Source of the DNA: Candidatus Kaiserbacteria bacterium
GTDB taxonomy: Bacteria > Patescibacteriota > Minisyncoccia > Phycocordibacterales > UBA2100
Direction: 5' to 3'
Assembly (NCBI GenBank): GCA_016217925.1
Contig: JACRFK010000003.1
Location: 78,925 to 142,924, forward strand
DNA length: 64,000 bases
Part shown: piece by piece, positions 1 through 10,168 of the stretch
Position numbering within the stretch: position 1 is the stretch's first letter
Layout: every line of letters starts with the position of its first letter
Translations under genes and position numbers: made by a program
The notes under the pieces: model-generated
Told to the model about the DNA's origin: nothing
Database searches by the model: none
Seen by the model: only the letters and a program-made list of their open reading frames with translations

Positions 1-362
1 TTTTAATTCCGCGCGGACTTGCAGTACAGGCGACTCCCGACAAAGTCGCGGCGCATTTGGCTGCGCAAAAGAGGGAAGGGGAGGCAAAGGAACAACAGAA
101 TAAAGCTATCACAGAAGCTGTGCACAGCCTGAATGGTGCACGTATCGAAATGAGTGCGCGAGCGACAGAAAAAGGCGGGCTCTTCAAATCAATTACTGCC
201 GCGGATATTGTAAAAGCGATTCAAGAACAAAGAAAGGTGCATATTCCGCTTGAGACGATAGACCTGCCGAAACCCATCAAAGAAGTAGGGGAGCACGCGC
301 TCAAAATCGCCTATGATAAGGCGAAGGTGGAGATGGTTCTCGCGATTATCGCGAGCGTTTAA
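1..362 (+). CDS. rplI: 50S ribosomal protein L9 (5' partial; continues upstream of window)
   Basis: The frame is open from nt 3. The N-terminal [15 protein letters not shown] matches the L9 N-domain (FLLPRGLA..AT). The C-domain motif is [16 protein letters not shown]. Confidence 0.8.
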   Translation, partial: LIPRGLAVQATPDKVAAHLAAQKREGEAKEQQNKAITEAVHSLNGARIEMSARATEKGGLFKSITAADIVKAIQEQRKVHIPLETIDLPKPIKEVGEHALKIAYDKAKVEMVLAIIASV

Positions 363-631
363 ACGACTTCAACAATGCGGCGGCGCACTGAGCGGCCGTC
401 GAAATTGGTCTTGCGCTTGGAGTGGAAACGTACGGTGCCTGCAGACATCGCAAAGAGGGTGTGATCTACGCCGACGCCGATATTTTTGCCGGCCATGATG
501 GCGGTGCCGCGCTGGCGTACGATAATCTCGCCGATACCGACTTTTTGGCCGTCCGCGCGCTTCACGCCGAGATACTTCGGATTCGAATCGTTCAGGTTAT
601 GCGCTGTTCCCCCTGCTTTGGTATGTGCCAT
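359..631 (-). CDS. rpmA: 50S ribosomal protein L27
   Basis: [25 protein letters not shown]...IIVRQRGT...GKDHTLFA is the canonical L27 sequence. Confidence 0.9.
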   Translation of the reverse strand: MAHTKAGGTAHNLNDSNPKYLGVKRADGQKVGIGEIIVRQRGTAIMAGKNIGVGVDHTLFAMSAGTVRFHSKRKTNFDGRSVRRRIVEVV

Positions 632-658
632 ATTGCTGTCGTTGTATGATTAACTAAC

Positions 659-1018
659 ATGCAGAATATACACGAATGGTATCTAAAAATCAAGGTTTTC
701 GGGGAGGGATGGATAGCCGAATGGGGCATTGTGGTCATCGTCTTTCTGGTCGCTCTCGCATCCTTCGGCCTCGGCCGGCTTTCGGCCCTGGAAGACACGA
801 AACCGCTCGTTTCTATCACTGAGGCCCCGACGGACGCAAGACCAAGTCCAGCAGCCCCCGGAGGCCTGTATGTCGCGGCCCGGGGCGGCAGCGCCTATTA
901 CTATCCGTGGTGCACGGGCGCCAACAGGATAAACGCTGCCAATAAGGTGTGGTTCGAGAGCGAGGCAGCCGCACGCAAGGCAGGCTACTCGCCCGCCAAA
1001 GGCTGCAAAGGACTATAA
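659..1018 (+). CDS. Membrane-anchored protein with Ada-like metal-binding domain
   Basis: N-terminal TM helix. C-terminal YYYPWCTGANRINAANKVWFESEAAARKAGYSPAKGCKGL resembles the Ada Zn-binding domain (PF02805-like pattern Y.P.C....I...N...F.S...A...GY.P...C). Confidence 0.5.
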   Translation: MQNIHEWYLKIKVFGEGWIAEWGIVVIVFLVALASFGLGRLSALEDTKPLVSITEAPTDARPSPAAPGGLYVAARGGSAYYYPWCTGANRINAANKVWFESEAAARKAGYSPAKGCKGL

Positions 1019-1107
1019 AACGAAAGTATGGAGTATGGCGTATTGTGTATGGCGGGAAAAAATACAGGTACTTCATACTCTATACTCTATACGCTATACT
1101 TCGCTGC

Positions 1108-1698
1108 ATGATTGTCCTCGATGTGGAAGCAACAGGCGTGGAGCCCAAGAAGCACTCCATTGTAAGCCTCGGGGCACTCGACCTCGCGAATCCCACGAAC
1201 CGTTTTTATATGGAATGCCGCGTCTGGGATGGTGCGCACATCATGGACGAGGCGCTCGATGTGAATGGCTTTACCCGCGAACAGGTGACCGACGAAAGCA
1301 AGCCGAGCGAGGCCGACCTCACCCATGCCTTCCTACAGTGGAGCGAGGGAGTCGAAGAACGGACATTTGCCGGACAGAATGTTTCGTTCGACCGCGACTT
1401 TCTGAAAGAAGCTGCAGAGAGAGCCGGACACACAGAATGGCCGTTCGCGCACCGCACACTCGACACGCACACGATGGCATTCATGCATATGATCCACCGC
1501 GGCCTCCAGCCGCCGGTCAAACATCGCCGCTCGGCATTAAACCTCGACGCGGTACTCAATTACTGCGGCATCCCCGAAGAACCGTCGCCGCACAACGCGC
1601 TCACAGGAGCCTTGTCACATGCAGAGGTGGTCGCACGTCTACTATACGGGCGCAAACTCCTACCGGAATTCGCCCAGTTCGATATCCCCTGGAAGTAA
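1108..1698 (+). CDS. DEDDh 3'-5' exonuclease (DnaQ/PolIII epsilon-like)
   Basis: MIVLDVEATG Exo I motif, FDRDFL Exo II, HNALTGALSHAEV Exo III (H-x4-D-like). The internal ATG at 1108 was chosen because the upstream part of the ORF overlaps the previous gene. Confidence 0.65.
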   Translation: MIVLDVEATGVEPKKHSIVSLGALDLANPTNRFYMECRVWDGAHIMDEALDVNGFTREQVTDESKPSEADLTHAFLQWSEGVEERTFAGQNVSFDRDFLKEAAERAGHTEWPFAHRTLDTHTMAFMHMIHRGLQPPVKHRRSALNLDAVLNYCGIPEEPSPHNALTGALSHAEVVARLLYGRKLLPEFAQFDIPWK

Positions 1699-1717
1699 CA
1701 TTTCACAGTTCAAACGT

Positions 1718-2212
1718 ATGCGTATCGTCCGAAAATTCGGGATGTATCTCTCGCTCACTATAATTTCGGTGGTGCACGCAGTGCGCTACTGGACCTCTTT
1801 GCGTACGAGCAGCATTCAGGGCGTGCGCGTCATTCTCGTACAGGACCGCAAGGTCGTTCTCGTTACTCATTGGTATGCGCCGTGGACATGGACCTTGCCG
1901 GGCGGCGGCGTGAATAAAAACGAAACGCCCGAAGCAGCGGCTATACGCGAAGTGAAAGAAGAAACGGGATTCGACGTGAAATCGCTCGCGGGTGAAATAG
2001 GAAAATATAAGGGCACCTGGGGAAGGGGAGATATGGTGGCGGTCTATTATACGGGCGATTTCGGAGGTTCCCTCGCCCTCACGCCGAATATCGAAATAAT
2101 GGGCCGCAGCTGGTTTGATATTGATAATCTGCCAGAAGAGATCTCTCCGGCCAACCGCCGCCGCATCGAAGCATACCGCGACGGCGTCCGCGGCGAGGTG
2201 GGAAAATGGTGA
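1718..2212 (+). CDS. NUDIX hydrolase
   Basis: Nudix box GGGVNKNETPEAAAIREVKEETGF (GX5EX7REVXEEXGU). Confidence 0.7.
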   Translation: MRIVRKFGMYLSLTIISVVHAVRYWTSLRTSSIQGVRVILVQDRKVVLVTHWYAPWTWTLPGGGVNKNETPEAAAIREVKEETGFDVKSLAGEIGKYKGTWGRGDMVAVYYTGDFGGSLALTPNIEIMGRSWFDIDNLPEEISPANRRRIEAYRDGVRGEVGKW

Positions 2213-2729
2213 TACCTCTACTAAAAGGGGAGAGAGGCAGATGAACGGCAACGATACCCTGTACAGGTTCGGGGCGCGACCCCGCTTGAAGTTCGCTAAA
2301 CTTCGGAATGAATTCCGCCAATCGCTGTCGCGCAACTGCCCTCAATCGAATTTATTTCATCGTCGCGGAACTCGTGTTGGGGACAACTACTCTTGACAGG
2401 GTAGTGGTCTAATGTGGTCTGTGGCCTAATATCTCAACGTCGCACAATATATCTTTTGCGACGTATAGCTAGGCACAAATAAAGCATCCCCGCCAGGACC
2501 TGCCTCCGGCACGCACAAAGTCCCGACTTCCGCCGCTCCCGTGTCTCCTAGCCCCGTATAAGAGGTCAAAACAGCCTCAGGACCGTCTGCCGGGCCGCCG
2601 GCTCCCCCAAGCCCATCTCGGCCTTTTTCTGGAATCCAGCCAAGCATTCCGTCGACCCAGCTCCCCTATGACCCAAAAGCCCAAAAATCGGGGGACTCAG
2701 AAGCGTCTATTTTCTGGTATAGTTTCCAT

Positions 2730-3185
2730 ATGGCGGAACGACCGAATAGTTGGATACCGAAGATTGTTTCGAGTGGATTGGGTGCCCCAAAAGACGAAGT
2801 AGCAAAACCGAATACGTTGGCCGGAGGCGCTGTTCAGGGCGCTGATGCACAACCTGCCGAGTTGACTGATGAAGCGATGCTGGCAAGAGACATTGCTTAT
2901 GTCTCCGCAAACAAAGAGCGTGTGATGCAAATGGGCAAGAGAGTCGGGGAAATTGTGAGATTCATTCTCGATCTGAGGGATTTCTCCGAAAAGGACGAAA
3001 CTATTGCGTTACGGATTAAGAACATGCCCCGTATGGAACTTGCTGACGTTGCGGCGCATATCTTGGATAGTAATGAACTTCAGTGGCAAAAAGATCCAAC
3101 GTTTTATATGACAATCGTTCGCCACGGTGGCGCTCGAATGGAAAGATTGAAAGAGATAGCAGCGCGACCACGTCCAACTGAGTAG
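2730..3185 (+). CDS. Hypothetical protein
   Basis: 151-aa ORF with typical codon usage and no recognisable motif. Confidence 0.4.
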   Translation: MAERPNSWIPKIVSSGLGAPKDEVAKPNTLAGGAVQGADAQPAELTDEAMLARDIAYVSANKERVMQMGKRVGEIVRFILDLRDFSEKDETIALRIKNMPRMELADVAAHILDSNELQWQKDPTFYMTIVRHGGARMERLKEIAARPRPTE

Positions 3186-3346
3186 CTCCCACACGACGGT
3201 CGTGTTTTGCGGTCCGGGACCCTTGGCTTCCCTTTTGACTTCGGAAATCGGGAGGTAGACTGCAGTCCTGCACGCCTCAGGATTCTCACGCGAAAGATGC
3301 GAGGTGCGTGGGCGCCCTGTTCCCCAAAATGGGCGTGCCAACTTCA

Positions 3347-3376
3347 CCCCGGGCCAGCTTGCCCGGGGGCTTTTTT
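3347..3376 (+). terminator. Rho-independent terminator-like hairpin
   Basis: CCCCGGGCcagcttGCCCGGGG followed by TTTTTT. Confidence 0.5.
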
Positions 3377-3403
3377 CTAGGAGAGATAATTCTGTATACT
3401 GTG

Positions 3404-4039
3404 CCTATGTACAAGGAGAGAATTCGGGCGGTACTCTCCCCTCTCGAGCGCAAAATTTTTTCCAAACTCGCGACAGCAAAAAAAATTCAAGATTTTTTGG
3501 ACAAACTTCCGATAAATTTTGAACTTCGCGGCGAGACGTACATGTCGCCGCGGCGGCTTTTGCGCGAGCATACTGCACATTGTTTTGAGGGGGCCCTTTT
3601 GGCTGCCGCGGCTTTTGCGTATCACGGACAGCGGCCGCTTTTGTTGGACCTCCAGACGCTGCCCTCCGACGAGGATCATGTCGTAACGCTTTTTAAAGAG
3701 AACGGGCTTTGGGGCGCTATCAGCAAGACCAATCACGCGATTCTCCGCTATCGCGACCCTATCTACCGGACAGTACGCGAGCTAGCGATGTCGTATGCGC
3801 ACGAATACGTGTTGGAAAACGGCAGGAAATCTATGCTCGCGTATTCGAGGCCGTATGATCTCCGGCAGTTTGCGCCGGAGCGTTGGGTGACGGAAGAAGA
3901 AGATCTCGTATGGCTCGTCGATGCGCTCGATGATTCTCGCCACTCCCCTATTGCCCCGAAAAAATCTATGCGCACACTCCGGCCTGCATCAAAAATAGAA
4001 TTGCGGGCATTGGAAATCGAAGAGTGGAAAAAACGTTAA
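3404..4039 (+). CDS. Transglutaminase-like (papain-fold Cys/His) domain protein
   Basis: AHCFEGALLAAAAFAYHG resembles the TGase-core Cys motif (G.C.EFA.L...LR). A downstream DHVVTLF His and Asp are present. There is a TATACT -10-like hexamer just upstream. This is a low-confidence family call. Confidence 0.45.
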   Translation, partial: PMYKERIRAVLSPLERKIFSKLATAKKIQDFLDKLPINFELRGETYMSPRRLLREHTAHCFEGALLAAAAFAYHGQRPLLLDLQTLPSDEDHVVTLFKENGLWGAISKTNHAILRYRDPIYRTVRELAMSYAHEYVLENGRKSMLAYSRPYDLRQFAPERWVTEEEDLVWLVDALDDSRHSPIAPKKSMRTLRPASKIELRALEIEEWKKR

Positions 4040-5349
4040 GGAAGGTACGCCATGGGGTTGAGGAATCCGGCCGGAGGCGTAATGGGAATGGTTGCTCGCG
4101 AACATGCGGACGTCCTCTTGGTCGCTTCGCCGAAGGTCAGGATTTTGGTCACGGCTGTCACGTACACGCTCAGGTGGAGGTGCGGCCCGGTGGCGTATCC
4201 TGTAGCTCCGACGTTGCCGATTATTTGTCCGGTCGCCACGCTCTGACCTTGCACCACAGAAATTTGTGAGAGGTGCCCGTAGAGCGTCGAGAGGCCGTTC
4301 AGGTGCTTTATCATGATCCACTTGCCGGCTGAGTAGCAGCCTTTATAGAGGTCGGTATTTCCTGTGGCCCACACGGTACCCGAGAGAGCCGCTTTGACCG
4401 GCGTGCCGATAGGAGCGCCCATGTCGATGCCATTATGGCCTTTGCCATTGTAAGCGCCGCTTTTTGCAAAGTCCGATTGCCCGAAGGTTTGTGTCAGTCG
4501 GATTTTGTCGAGCGGCCACTTAAGAATGCCCCTTCGCGCTGTGAGGATTTGAGAAGGATCAACATTCTGCAGGTACTGCTCCTTGAGGTCGTTGAGTGCG
4601 GCTTCGAACGCTGTTTTTCCGGCAATTTTCTGTGCCAATATCGCTTGGTATGCGGATTCTTGGGATTTTGTCTGTGCCAATAGATCGCTCTGCGCCTTTT
4701 TTTGCGCATTCAACGAGCCCTGTTGGGCAACGAGAGTGTTCTGCTGAGCGAGCAGCTCGGCGCGTTTCTCTTCCGTTTTTTTCTTTACTTCAGCGAGCGA
4801 TTGTTTTTCCTCTGCGAGTTTGGCAATCTGCTCGTTGATAGCCCCTTGGAGCGTTTGGTATGAATCCATTTCGCGCCAGGTGTCTGCAATATCATCGGAA
4901 GCGAGTACCTGAACGGCAAGCGACGTTTCGTCCGACTCATTCATTTGCCGGAACGACTCCGCGAGCCCGGCGGCGTCAATATCGATGGAGCTTTGCTTTA
5001 CCGCGATGCCTTGCGCAAGCTGTTTGATTTGCAATTGCGTCGAGCTGATCTTGCTTTTCGTCGAAGCAATGGACGCGGCGCTTTTTTTGAGCAGCAGGTT
5101 CAGTTCGTTGAGGTCGTTCTGAAGGCTTTTCTTTTTGGTGCCGACGGCATCGAGTTGTACTTGGTATTGAGCGATCTCCTTGTCGAGCTCGGCTATCTGG
5201 GTGTTGTGGGCGTCGATGAGGCCTTGTATTTCTGCGGATGTCGGAGCGGTGGTCGTGCTTTGTGCCCACGACGCAAGTGGAAAAAGAGCCAGGGCACATG
5301 CGATCACGCCGACCGATAGCGTGGCCGCTCCTCTTATTCCCGCATTCAT
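4036..5349 (-). CDS. Secreted coiled-coil M23 (LytM) family peptidase, EnvC-like
   Basis: Signal peptide, long Q/K-rich coiled coil, C-terminal M23 motifs HNGIDMGAP...GHLHLSVY. Confidence 0.85.
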   Translation of the reverse strand: MNAGIRGAATLSVGVIACALALFPLASWAQSTTTAPTSAEIQGLIDAHNTQIAELDKEIAQYQVQLDAVGTKKKSLQNDLNELNLLLKKSAASIASTKSKISSTQLQIKQLAQGIAVKQSSIDIDAAGLAESFRQMNESDETSLAVQVLASDDIADTWREMDSYQTLQGAINEQIAKLAEEKQSLAEVKKKTEEKRAELLAQQNTLVAQQGSLNAQKKAQSDLLAQTKSQESAYQAILAQKIAGKTAFEAALNDLKEQYLQNVDPSQILTARRGILKWPLDKIRLTQTFGQSDFAKSGAYNGKGHNGIDMGAPIGTPVKAALSGTVWATGNTDLYKGCYSAGKWIMIKHLNGLSTLYGHLSQISVVQGQSVATGQIIGNVGATGYATGPHLHLSVYVTAVTKILTFGEATKRTSACSRATIPITPPAGFLNPMAYLP

Positions 5350-6656
5350 AAGGTCGAAAGGTGTGACAAGGCCGAATCAATGCGGCGCATAGCAGCCTCT
5401 TTGCCGATGAGAGAGGCGATGATGAAGGGGTCGGGGGATTTTTCGCGGCCGGAAAGGGCGACACGTAAAGGCCATAGTACGGCACCTCTCCCCTCTTCTG
5501 TCGCGTAAGGAAAAATCACCCTCTTTATTTCGTCGCTATTGAATTCTGAGACACTCCCTAAAAGCTCGGCCACTTTCTTTAGGTGCTTCGCCGCAGTCGC
5601 CGCGTCTGTCTTTGCACCTTTTAAAAGCAGGTGTGGTTCGTATCCTATCTTTTCAGACAAAAAATCATACTCACCGCTTTTGATAAGCTCCGCGGCTTCA
5701 CCAAACGTCCGCGCGCGTTCTTTGATGAGTGCGACGGGCAGCCTCGTCACATCTGCATCCGTGAATTCTTTGAGAAGGTCAGCGTATTGCGCGTCGGTAA
5801 GACGCTTCGAATGTTCGTGGTTGAGCCAGAGTAGTTTTTCCGTATCAAATACAGCACCGCTTTTGTGAACACGCTCGAGGGAAAAGGCTCGGGCAAGCTC
5901 TTCAAGCGTAAAGACTTCCTGCTCACCTCCGGGATTCCAGCCCAAAAGCGCAAGGTAATTCACGAAGGCTTGCGGCAAAAATCCCTGTCTCCGGTATTCA
6001 TTGACCGAAACCGCCCCGTGGCGTTTGGAGAGCTTCGAGCGGTCGGGGGCGAGGATGAGCGGTATATGGGCGTACACGGGTCTTTTGAACCCCAGACCTT
6101 CGATCATGAGTATTTGCCTCTGTGTATTGGAGATGTGGTCCTCGCCCCGGATGACGTGCGTGACGCCCGTCTCGTGGTCGTCAACGACAACAGCTAGGTG
6201 ATACAGCGGATCGTCGACGGACCGTGCAATGATAAAATCTTTAAGTTCTTCCGTTTTAAATGATACGGGGCCGCGCACGAGGTCGTCGAACGTAACGGTC
6301 GTGTTTGGGTTCTTAAAACGTACGATTTTTTTGTCGGGATTATCCGTCGCCGCTTCAGCCTCATAGGCATGTCCGCTTTCGATCAGTTTTTTGATGTAGC
6401 CGCGATATACGTCGATGCGCTCTGATTGCCTCCAGATAGCAGACTCGTCTTTCCCCAAAAGCCCGAGCCAGCGCATTCCCGCGAGAATGTCGTCTTCATA
6501 CTCCTTTTTGTTCCGCTCGGTGTCGGTGTCCTCAAAGCGCAGGTGCATGGCACCTCCTTCGTGAGCCGCAAAAAGATAGTTGAAAAGCGCCGTACGCGCC
6601 CCCCCGATGTGAAAATAACCGGTCGGCGACGGCGGAAAACGTGTTACGACGGTCAT
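5346..6656 (-). CDS. gltX: Glutamyl-tRNA synthetase (short, probably non-discriminating)
   Basis: RFPPSPTGYFHIGGARTALFNYLFA HIGH region, KLSKRHG KMSKS-type motif. Confidence 0.9.
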   Translation of the reverse strand: MTVVTRFPPSPTGYFHIGGARTALFNYLFAAHEGGAMHLRFEDTDTERNKKEYEDDILAGMRWLGLLGKDESAIWRQSERIDVYRGYIKKLIESGHAYEAEAATDNPDKKIVRFKNPNTTVTFDDLVRGPVSFKTEELKDFIIARSVDDPLYHLAVVVDDHETGVTHVIRGEDHISNTQRQILMIEGLGFKRPVYAHIPLILAPDRSKLSKRHGAVSVNEYRRQGFLPQAFVNYLALLGWNPGGEQEVFTLEELARAFSLERVHKSGAVFDTEKLLWLNHEHSKRLTDAQYADLLKEFTDADVTRLPVALIKERARTFGEAAELIKSGEYDFLSEKIGYEPHLLLKGAKTDAATAAKHLKKVAELLGSVSEFNSDEIKRVIFPYATEEGRGAVLWPLRVALSGREKSPDPFIIASLIGKEAAMRRIDSALSHLSTL

Positions 6657-7795
6657 ACAGGCTCATGCGAAATAGAGGTTTCAAGGAGCGTGAGAGCGAT
6701 CTTCCTAGCCGCATCCGGACGCGCGAATGTGCGGGCAGCGTCAGACATCTTCCCGCGTAGTACGGCGTCGTTCGTAATGCGGTCTATCTCGGCCACAAGA
6801 AGGTGTGGAGTAAGATTGCGTTGCTCGATGACGACCGCCGCCCCGGAGCGTGCGTACGAGAATGCGTTCTCGATCTGGTCGTGGGAAACATCTTTCGGTA
6901 TCGGCACGAGGATAGACGGCAAGCCCCAGCTCGCTATCTCAAAAATGGTACCCGAGCCCGCGCGTGCGACTACGACGGTAGTGATACCCGCTGCCATACG
7001 CAGTGCAAGTGTATTGAGAAGTCCGAACATCTTGTAACGATTTGCATATTGGGAATCCTTGAGGACTACGGAAGCAACACTGCTCACGTCTTGCACGTTT
7101 GCGACCCCGGCCTGATGTACGACGTTGAATTGAGAGGTCAATTCGCCGAGCGCGTCGAGTACGACCTCATTGATAGTGCGAGCACCCTGAGAGCCGCCCA
7201 TAATAAAAACGGTCGGGACTGTCGGGTCAAGTTTTAGAAATTCATACCCGCCTTCTTTTGCCGGCTGGATGATCGCTTTGCGTATGGGATGTCCTACGGC
7301 GACTATGTTGCCTTGGACCCGTGCCGGATATTTTGCCGCAGACGTAGGATGTGCGACCGCGATCCACTTCGCAAATTTCGCGGACCATAAGGAAACCCGC
7401 CCTGGCGTCGCATCGGCGTCGTAGATGATGACCGGTATCTGGAGAATGCGTGCGGCAAAGAGCGTCGGGAAAGCGGCGTAACCGCCGGTAGAAAAAACGA
7501 CGTCAGGATACAAACGAAAAAGCTGTCTTGTGGAGCGGATAATGCCGGCCGCATTCGTGAAAAAGCTGAGTATGTTGAGCGCGCTTGCGTATCTGCGCAC
7601 TTTGCCGGCCGAGGTCGGGACGAATGTAATATCATGCTCAAGCAGAGCCTCGGCATCGAATGCCGGAGGGCCGACGTAATAGAGCTCCGGCTCGATGAGC
7701 GTTCGTTCATGGCAAATCTCTTCTATCGCCTCGGCGACCGCGATAAGCGGGTAAAAATGCCCGCCAGTCCCCCCGCCGACTAAGACAATACGCAT
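6653..7795 (-). CDS. murG: MurG, UDP-GlcNAc:lipid I GlcNAc transferase
   Basis: MRIVLVGGGTGGHFYPLIAVAE N-terminus. GT28 architecture. ATGA overlap with gltX. Confidence 0.9.
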   Translation of the reverse strand: MRIVLVGGGTGGHFYPLIAVAEAIEEICHERTLIEPELYYVGPPAFDAEALLEHDITFVPTSAGKVRRYASALNILSFFTNAAGIIRSTRQLFRLYPDVVFSTGGYAAFPTLFAARILQIPVIIYDADATPGRVSLWSAKFAKWIAVAHPTSAAKYPARVQGNIVAVGHPIRKAIIQPAKEGGYEFLKLDPTVPTVFIMGGSQGARTINEVVLDALGELTSQFNVVHQAGVANVQDVSSVASVVLKDSQYANRYKMFGLLNTLALRMAAGITTVVVARAGSGTIFEIASWGLPSILVPIPKDVSHDQIENAFSYARSGAAVVIEQRNLTPHLLVAEIDRITNDAVLRGKMSDAARTFARPDAARKIALTLLETSISHEPV

Positions 7796-7839
7796 CGGGG
7801 TATTTTATCATACTCACTTGCTATATGGTGCCACGCGAT

Positions 7840-7876
7840 AAAAAAGCACATAGGTCGGTTCTCTGTGCTTTTTTGT
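7840..7876. terminator. Bidirectional terminator-like hairpin (repeat copy 1 of 2)
   Basis: AAAAAAGCACAtAGgtcggttCTCTGTGCTTTTTT between ftsW and murG. A near-identical copy lies at 56674-56706. Confidence 0.5.
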
Positions 7877-7886
7877 CACAGAGGAG

Positions 7887-8987
7887 TTATTTGACGCCCT
7901 TGTGGCGCGAGATATTGAGCAAAATGCCCGCACTTAGGAGCGATATCAACATCGCGCTTCCCCCTTGGCTTACAAAGGTAAGTGGCACGCCGGTGAGCGG
8001 TGCAAGCCCCAGCATTGCCGCGATATTAATGAAGGCTTCTCCGGCGAGATAGGTGGAAATGCCGACCGCGAGAAGCCCACCGAACATATCCGATGTGCGT
8101 GCAGCGACCACGTAGCCTCGCAGCGCAAGCGCGAGAAAGAGTAAGACGATAATGGTGGAACCGATAAAGCCAAGCTCCTCTCCTGCGACGGCGAATATCG
8201 AATCCCCCATCGCTTCCGGCAGATAGGTAAATTTTTGCACTCCCTGCCCGAGGCCGCGGCCGAAAACCTGACCGGAGCCGATAGCGATAAGCGATTGCGC
8301 GATCTGATAGCCTTCTGCTTGTTGATTTTGAGCGGGATTGAAGAACGTAACGATACGCTCCTGCACATGCGGCTTCATATACGCGAGTACCGCGAGCGAG
8401 ATAAGCGCAACACACAAAAGAATGGCGACATCGCGCATCCGTGCCCCCGCTGCGAAGAAAACGGCCACGACACTCATACAGATAATGCCGAGCGTCCCGA
8501 TGTCGGGCTGCATGACAAGGAGGACTATCGGAGCGATGAGTATCGCAGCGAGCCCTCCGACACCCCACGTAAACGTCTCGGCTTTTGAGCGTATAGCCGA
8601 GTAATACGCCGCGGCGATGAAGATGCTTGCTATTTTCAAGAGCTCCGACGGTTGGAATGACACCCCGAAGATGACTATCCATCGCTGCCCTCCCCCGTGC
8701 GCAAACCCGAGATTAGGAACGAAAACGAGCAGCATTGCAGCGAGCGCGAAAGCAAAAATATACGGAGCAAATTGCCGCCAATGTCGGTAGTTGATATTGA
8801 GCGCGATGAGGAGAAGCACCATGCCACCTCCCACCCCGAGGACAAGATGATTGAATGCAACGGATGTAATGCTGGAAAATCCCCGACCGAGAACGCCGAA
8901 TGCAGCTGAAACAAAGATCATGGATCCCCCGAGGAGCAGGGCAAAAATGATGAACGTGAGCGGCTTGTCTATGCGTGCGTGTTTCAT
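7887..8987 (-). CDS. ftsW: FtsW/RodA (SEDS) peptidoglycan glycosyltransferase
   Basis: 10-TM SEDS protein with the motif SELLKIASIFIAAAYY. Confidence 0.85.
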   Translation of the reverse strand: MKHARIDKPLTFIIFALLLGGSMIFVSAAFGVLGRGFSSITSVAFNHLVLGVGGGMVLLLIALNINYRHWRQFAPYIFAFALAAMLLVFVPNLGFAHGGGQRWIVIFGVSFQPSELLKIASIFIAAAYYSAIRSKAETFTWGVGGLAAILIAPIVLLVMQPDIGTLGIICMSVVAVFFAAGARMRDVAILLCVALISLAVLAYMKPHVQERIVTFFNPAQNQQAEGYQIAQSLIAIGSGQVFGRGLGQGVQKFTYLPEAMGDSIFAVAGEELGFIGSTIIVLLFLALALRGYVVAARTSDMFGGLLAVGISTYLAGEAFINIAAMLGLAPLTGVPLTFVSQGGSAMLISLLSAGILLNISRHKGVK

Positions 8988-9048
8988 CCCGCTCTTTCTA
9001 CGCCGCTAAAGTAATTATGGACCATAGGATTACTTGAAAGGGCGGGAT

Positions 9049-10119
9049 TCATTGTACGGGCAACGCGCTGAGGGCGATGATGACGCCCGCGAACGCGAAG
9101 ACCACAGAAAGCACCCAATAACGCATGACGACTTTCTCACCGGGCCATCCGATAGCCTCGAAGTGGTGATGCAGCGGCGCGATGCGCAGGAGCTTGCGAC
9201 CGAAGAACTTTTTGGAAACGACCTGCGCGATATCGGAAGCGACCGTGACGACAAGAAGCGCCCCGATGACTGGTAGCACGGAGATACCGACGCCTCCGCC
9301 GAGAGAGTCTGTCATAAAGGCGACCGCCCCGAGCGCGAGCGTCAATCCCATTGTGCCGGTGTCAGACATATAGAATCGCGCGGGAGGGATGTTGAACCAG
9401 AGGAATGCGAGTAATCCGCCAACGATGCAGGCAGTAAATGCTGCAAGGTCAATTTGGTCCTGTGTAAAGGCAATGATGGTATAAGAAGCAAAAATACTCC
9501 CAAAGACACCGCCTGAAAGCCCGTCGATGCCGTCAATAACGCCGGACGCATACAGCGCGAGCGATACGAGGACGAAAAGCGGGATGATGAGCCATCCAAT
9601 CTCAAGCGGAGCGGCGAACGGAATGTTGATAGCGGTCATAGCAAGTTTGTCCCAGAACCACCAGCCAATGAACGAGGCAAGAAGGACGACGATGATGACA
9701 CGATAACGCAAGCGCAAACCTTCTCCCTCCGGACGGATGACCAGCATGTCGTCTACGAACCCGACGAACGCACCAACAAGAAGGGTCGCGAATGGCAGCC
9801 ACGTCTGATTGCGGCTCAAAAAGTTGAGGTCTGTCGTTACGACAGCCGGAAAGAGCTTGGCGAGCGCGGCGATGCCAAAGATAGTAAGAGCTACGCTTCC
9901 CCACACCACGATGCCGCCCATGCGGGGAGCGCGGACCTCGTTCTCGATATGAAGTCGATTGAATTCATGCGCGGTGTTGCCGTCGAACGCTAGTTTGCCT
10001 GGGCGTTTTTTCCACGTCTTGTATTTATAGAGATAATGGCTGAGTAGCGGGGTGCTCACCATTCCTATGGCGAAAGCAACGGCAGCGGGAACGAGTATGC
10101 GGACGAGGTCGGGGACCAT
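9049..10119 (-). CDS. mraY: MraY, phospho-MurNAc-pentapeptide translocase
   Basis: MVPDLVRILV...DDMLV...NIPPARFYMSDTGTMGLT...HHHFE motifs. Start set at MVPDLV; the longer ORF would overlap the upstream gene. Confidence 0.9.
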   Translation of the reverse strand: MVPDLVRILVPAAVAFAIGMVSTPLLSHYLYKYKTWKKRPGKLAFDGNTAHEFNRLHIENEVRAPRMGGIVVWGSVALTIFGIAALAKLFPAVVTTDLNFLSRNQTWLPFATLLVGAFVGFVDDMLVIRPEGEGLRLRYRVIIVVLLASFIGWWFWDKLAMTAINIPFAAPLEIGWLIIPLFVLVSLALYASGVIDGIDGLSGGVFGSIFASYTIIAFTQDQIDLAAFTACIVGGLLAFLWFNIPPARFYMSDTGTMGLTLALGAVAFMTDSLGGGVGISVLPVIGALLVVTVASDIAQVVSKKFFGRKLLRIAPLHHHFEAIGWPGEKVVMRYWVLSVVFAFAGVIIALSALPVQ

Positions 10120-10168
10120 ATTTTGCCATTGTACCCCGACTGTCAAATTTTGCCCTGTGGAAGGGTAG

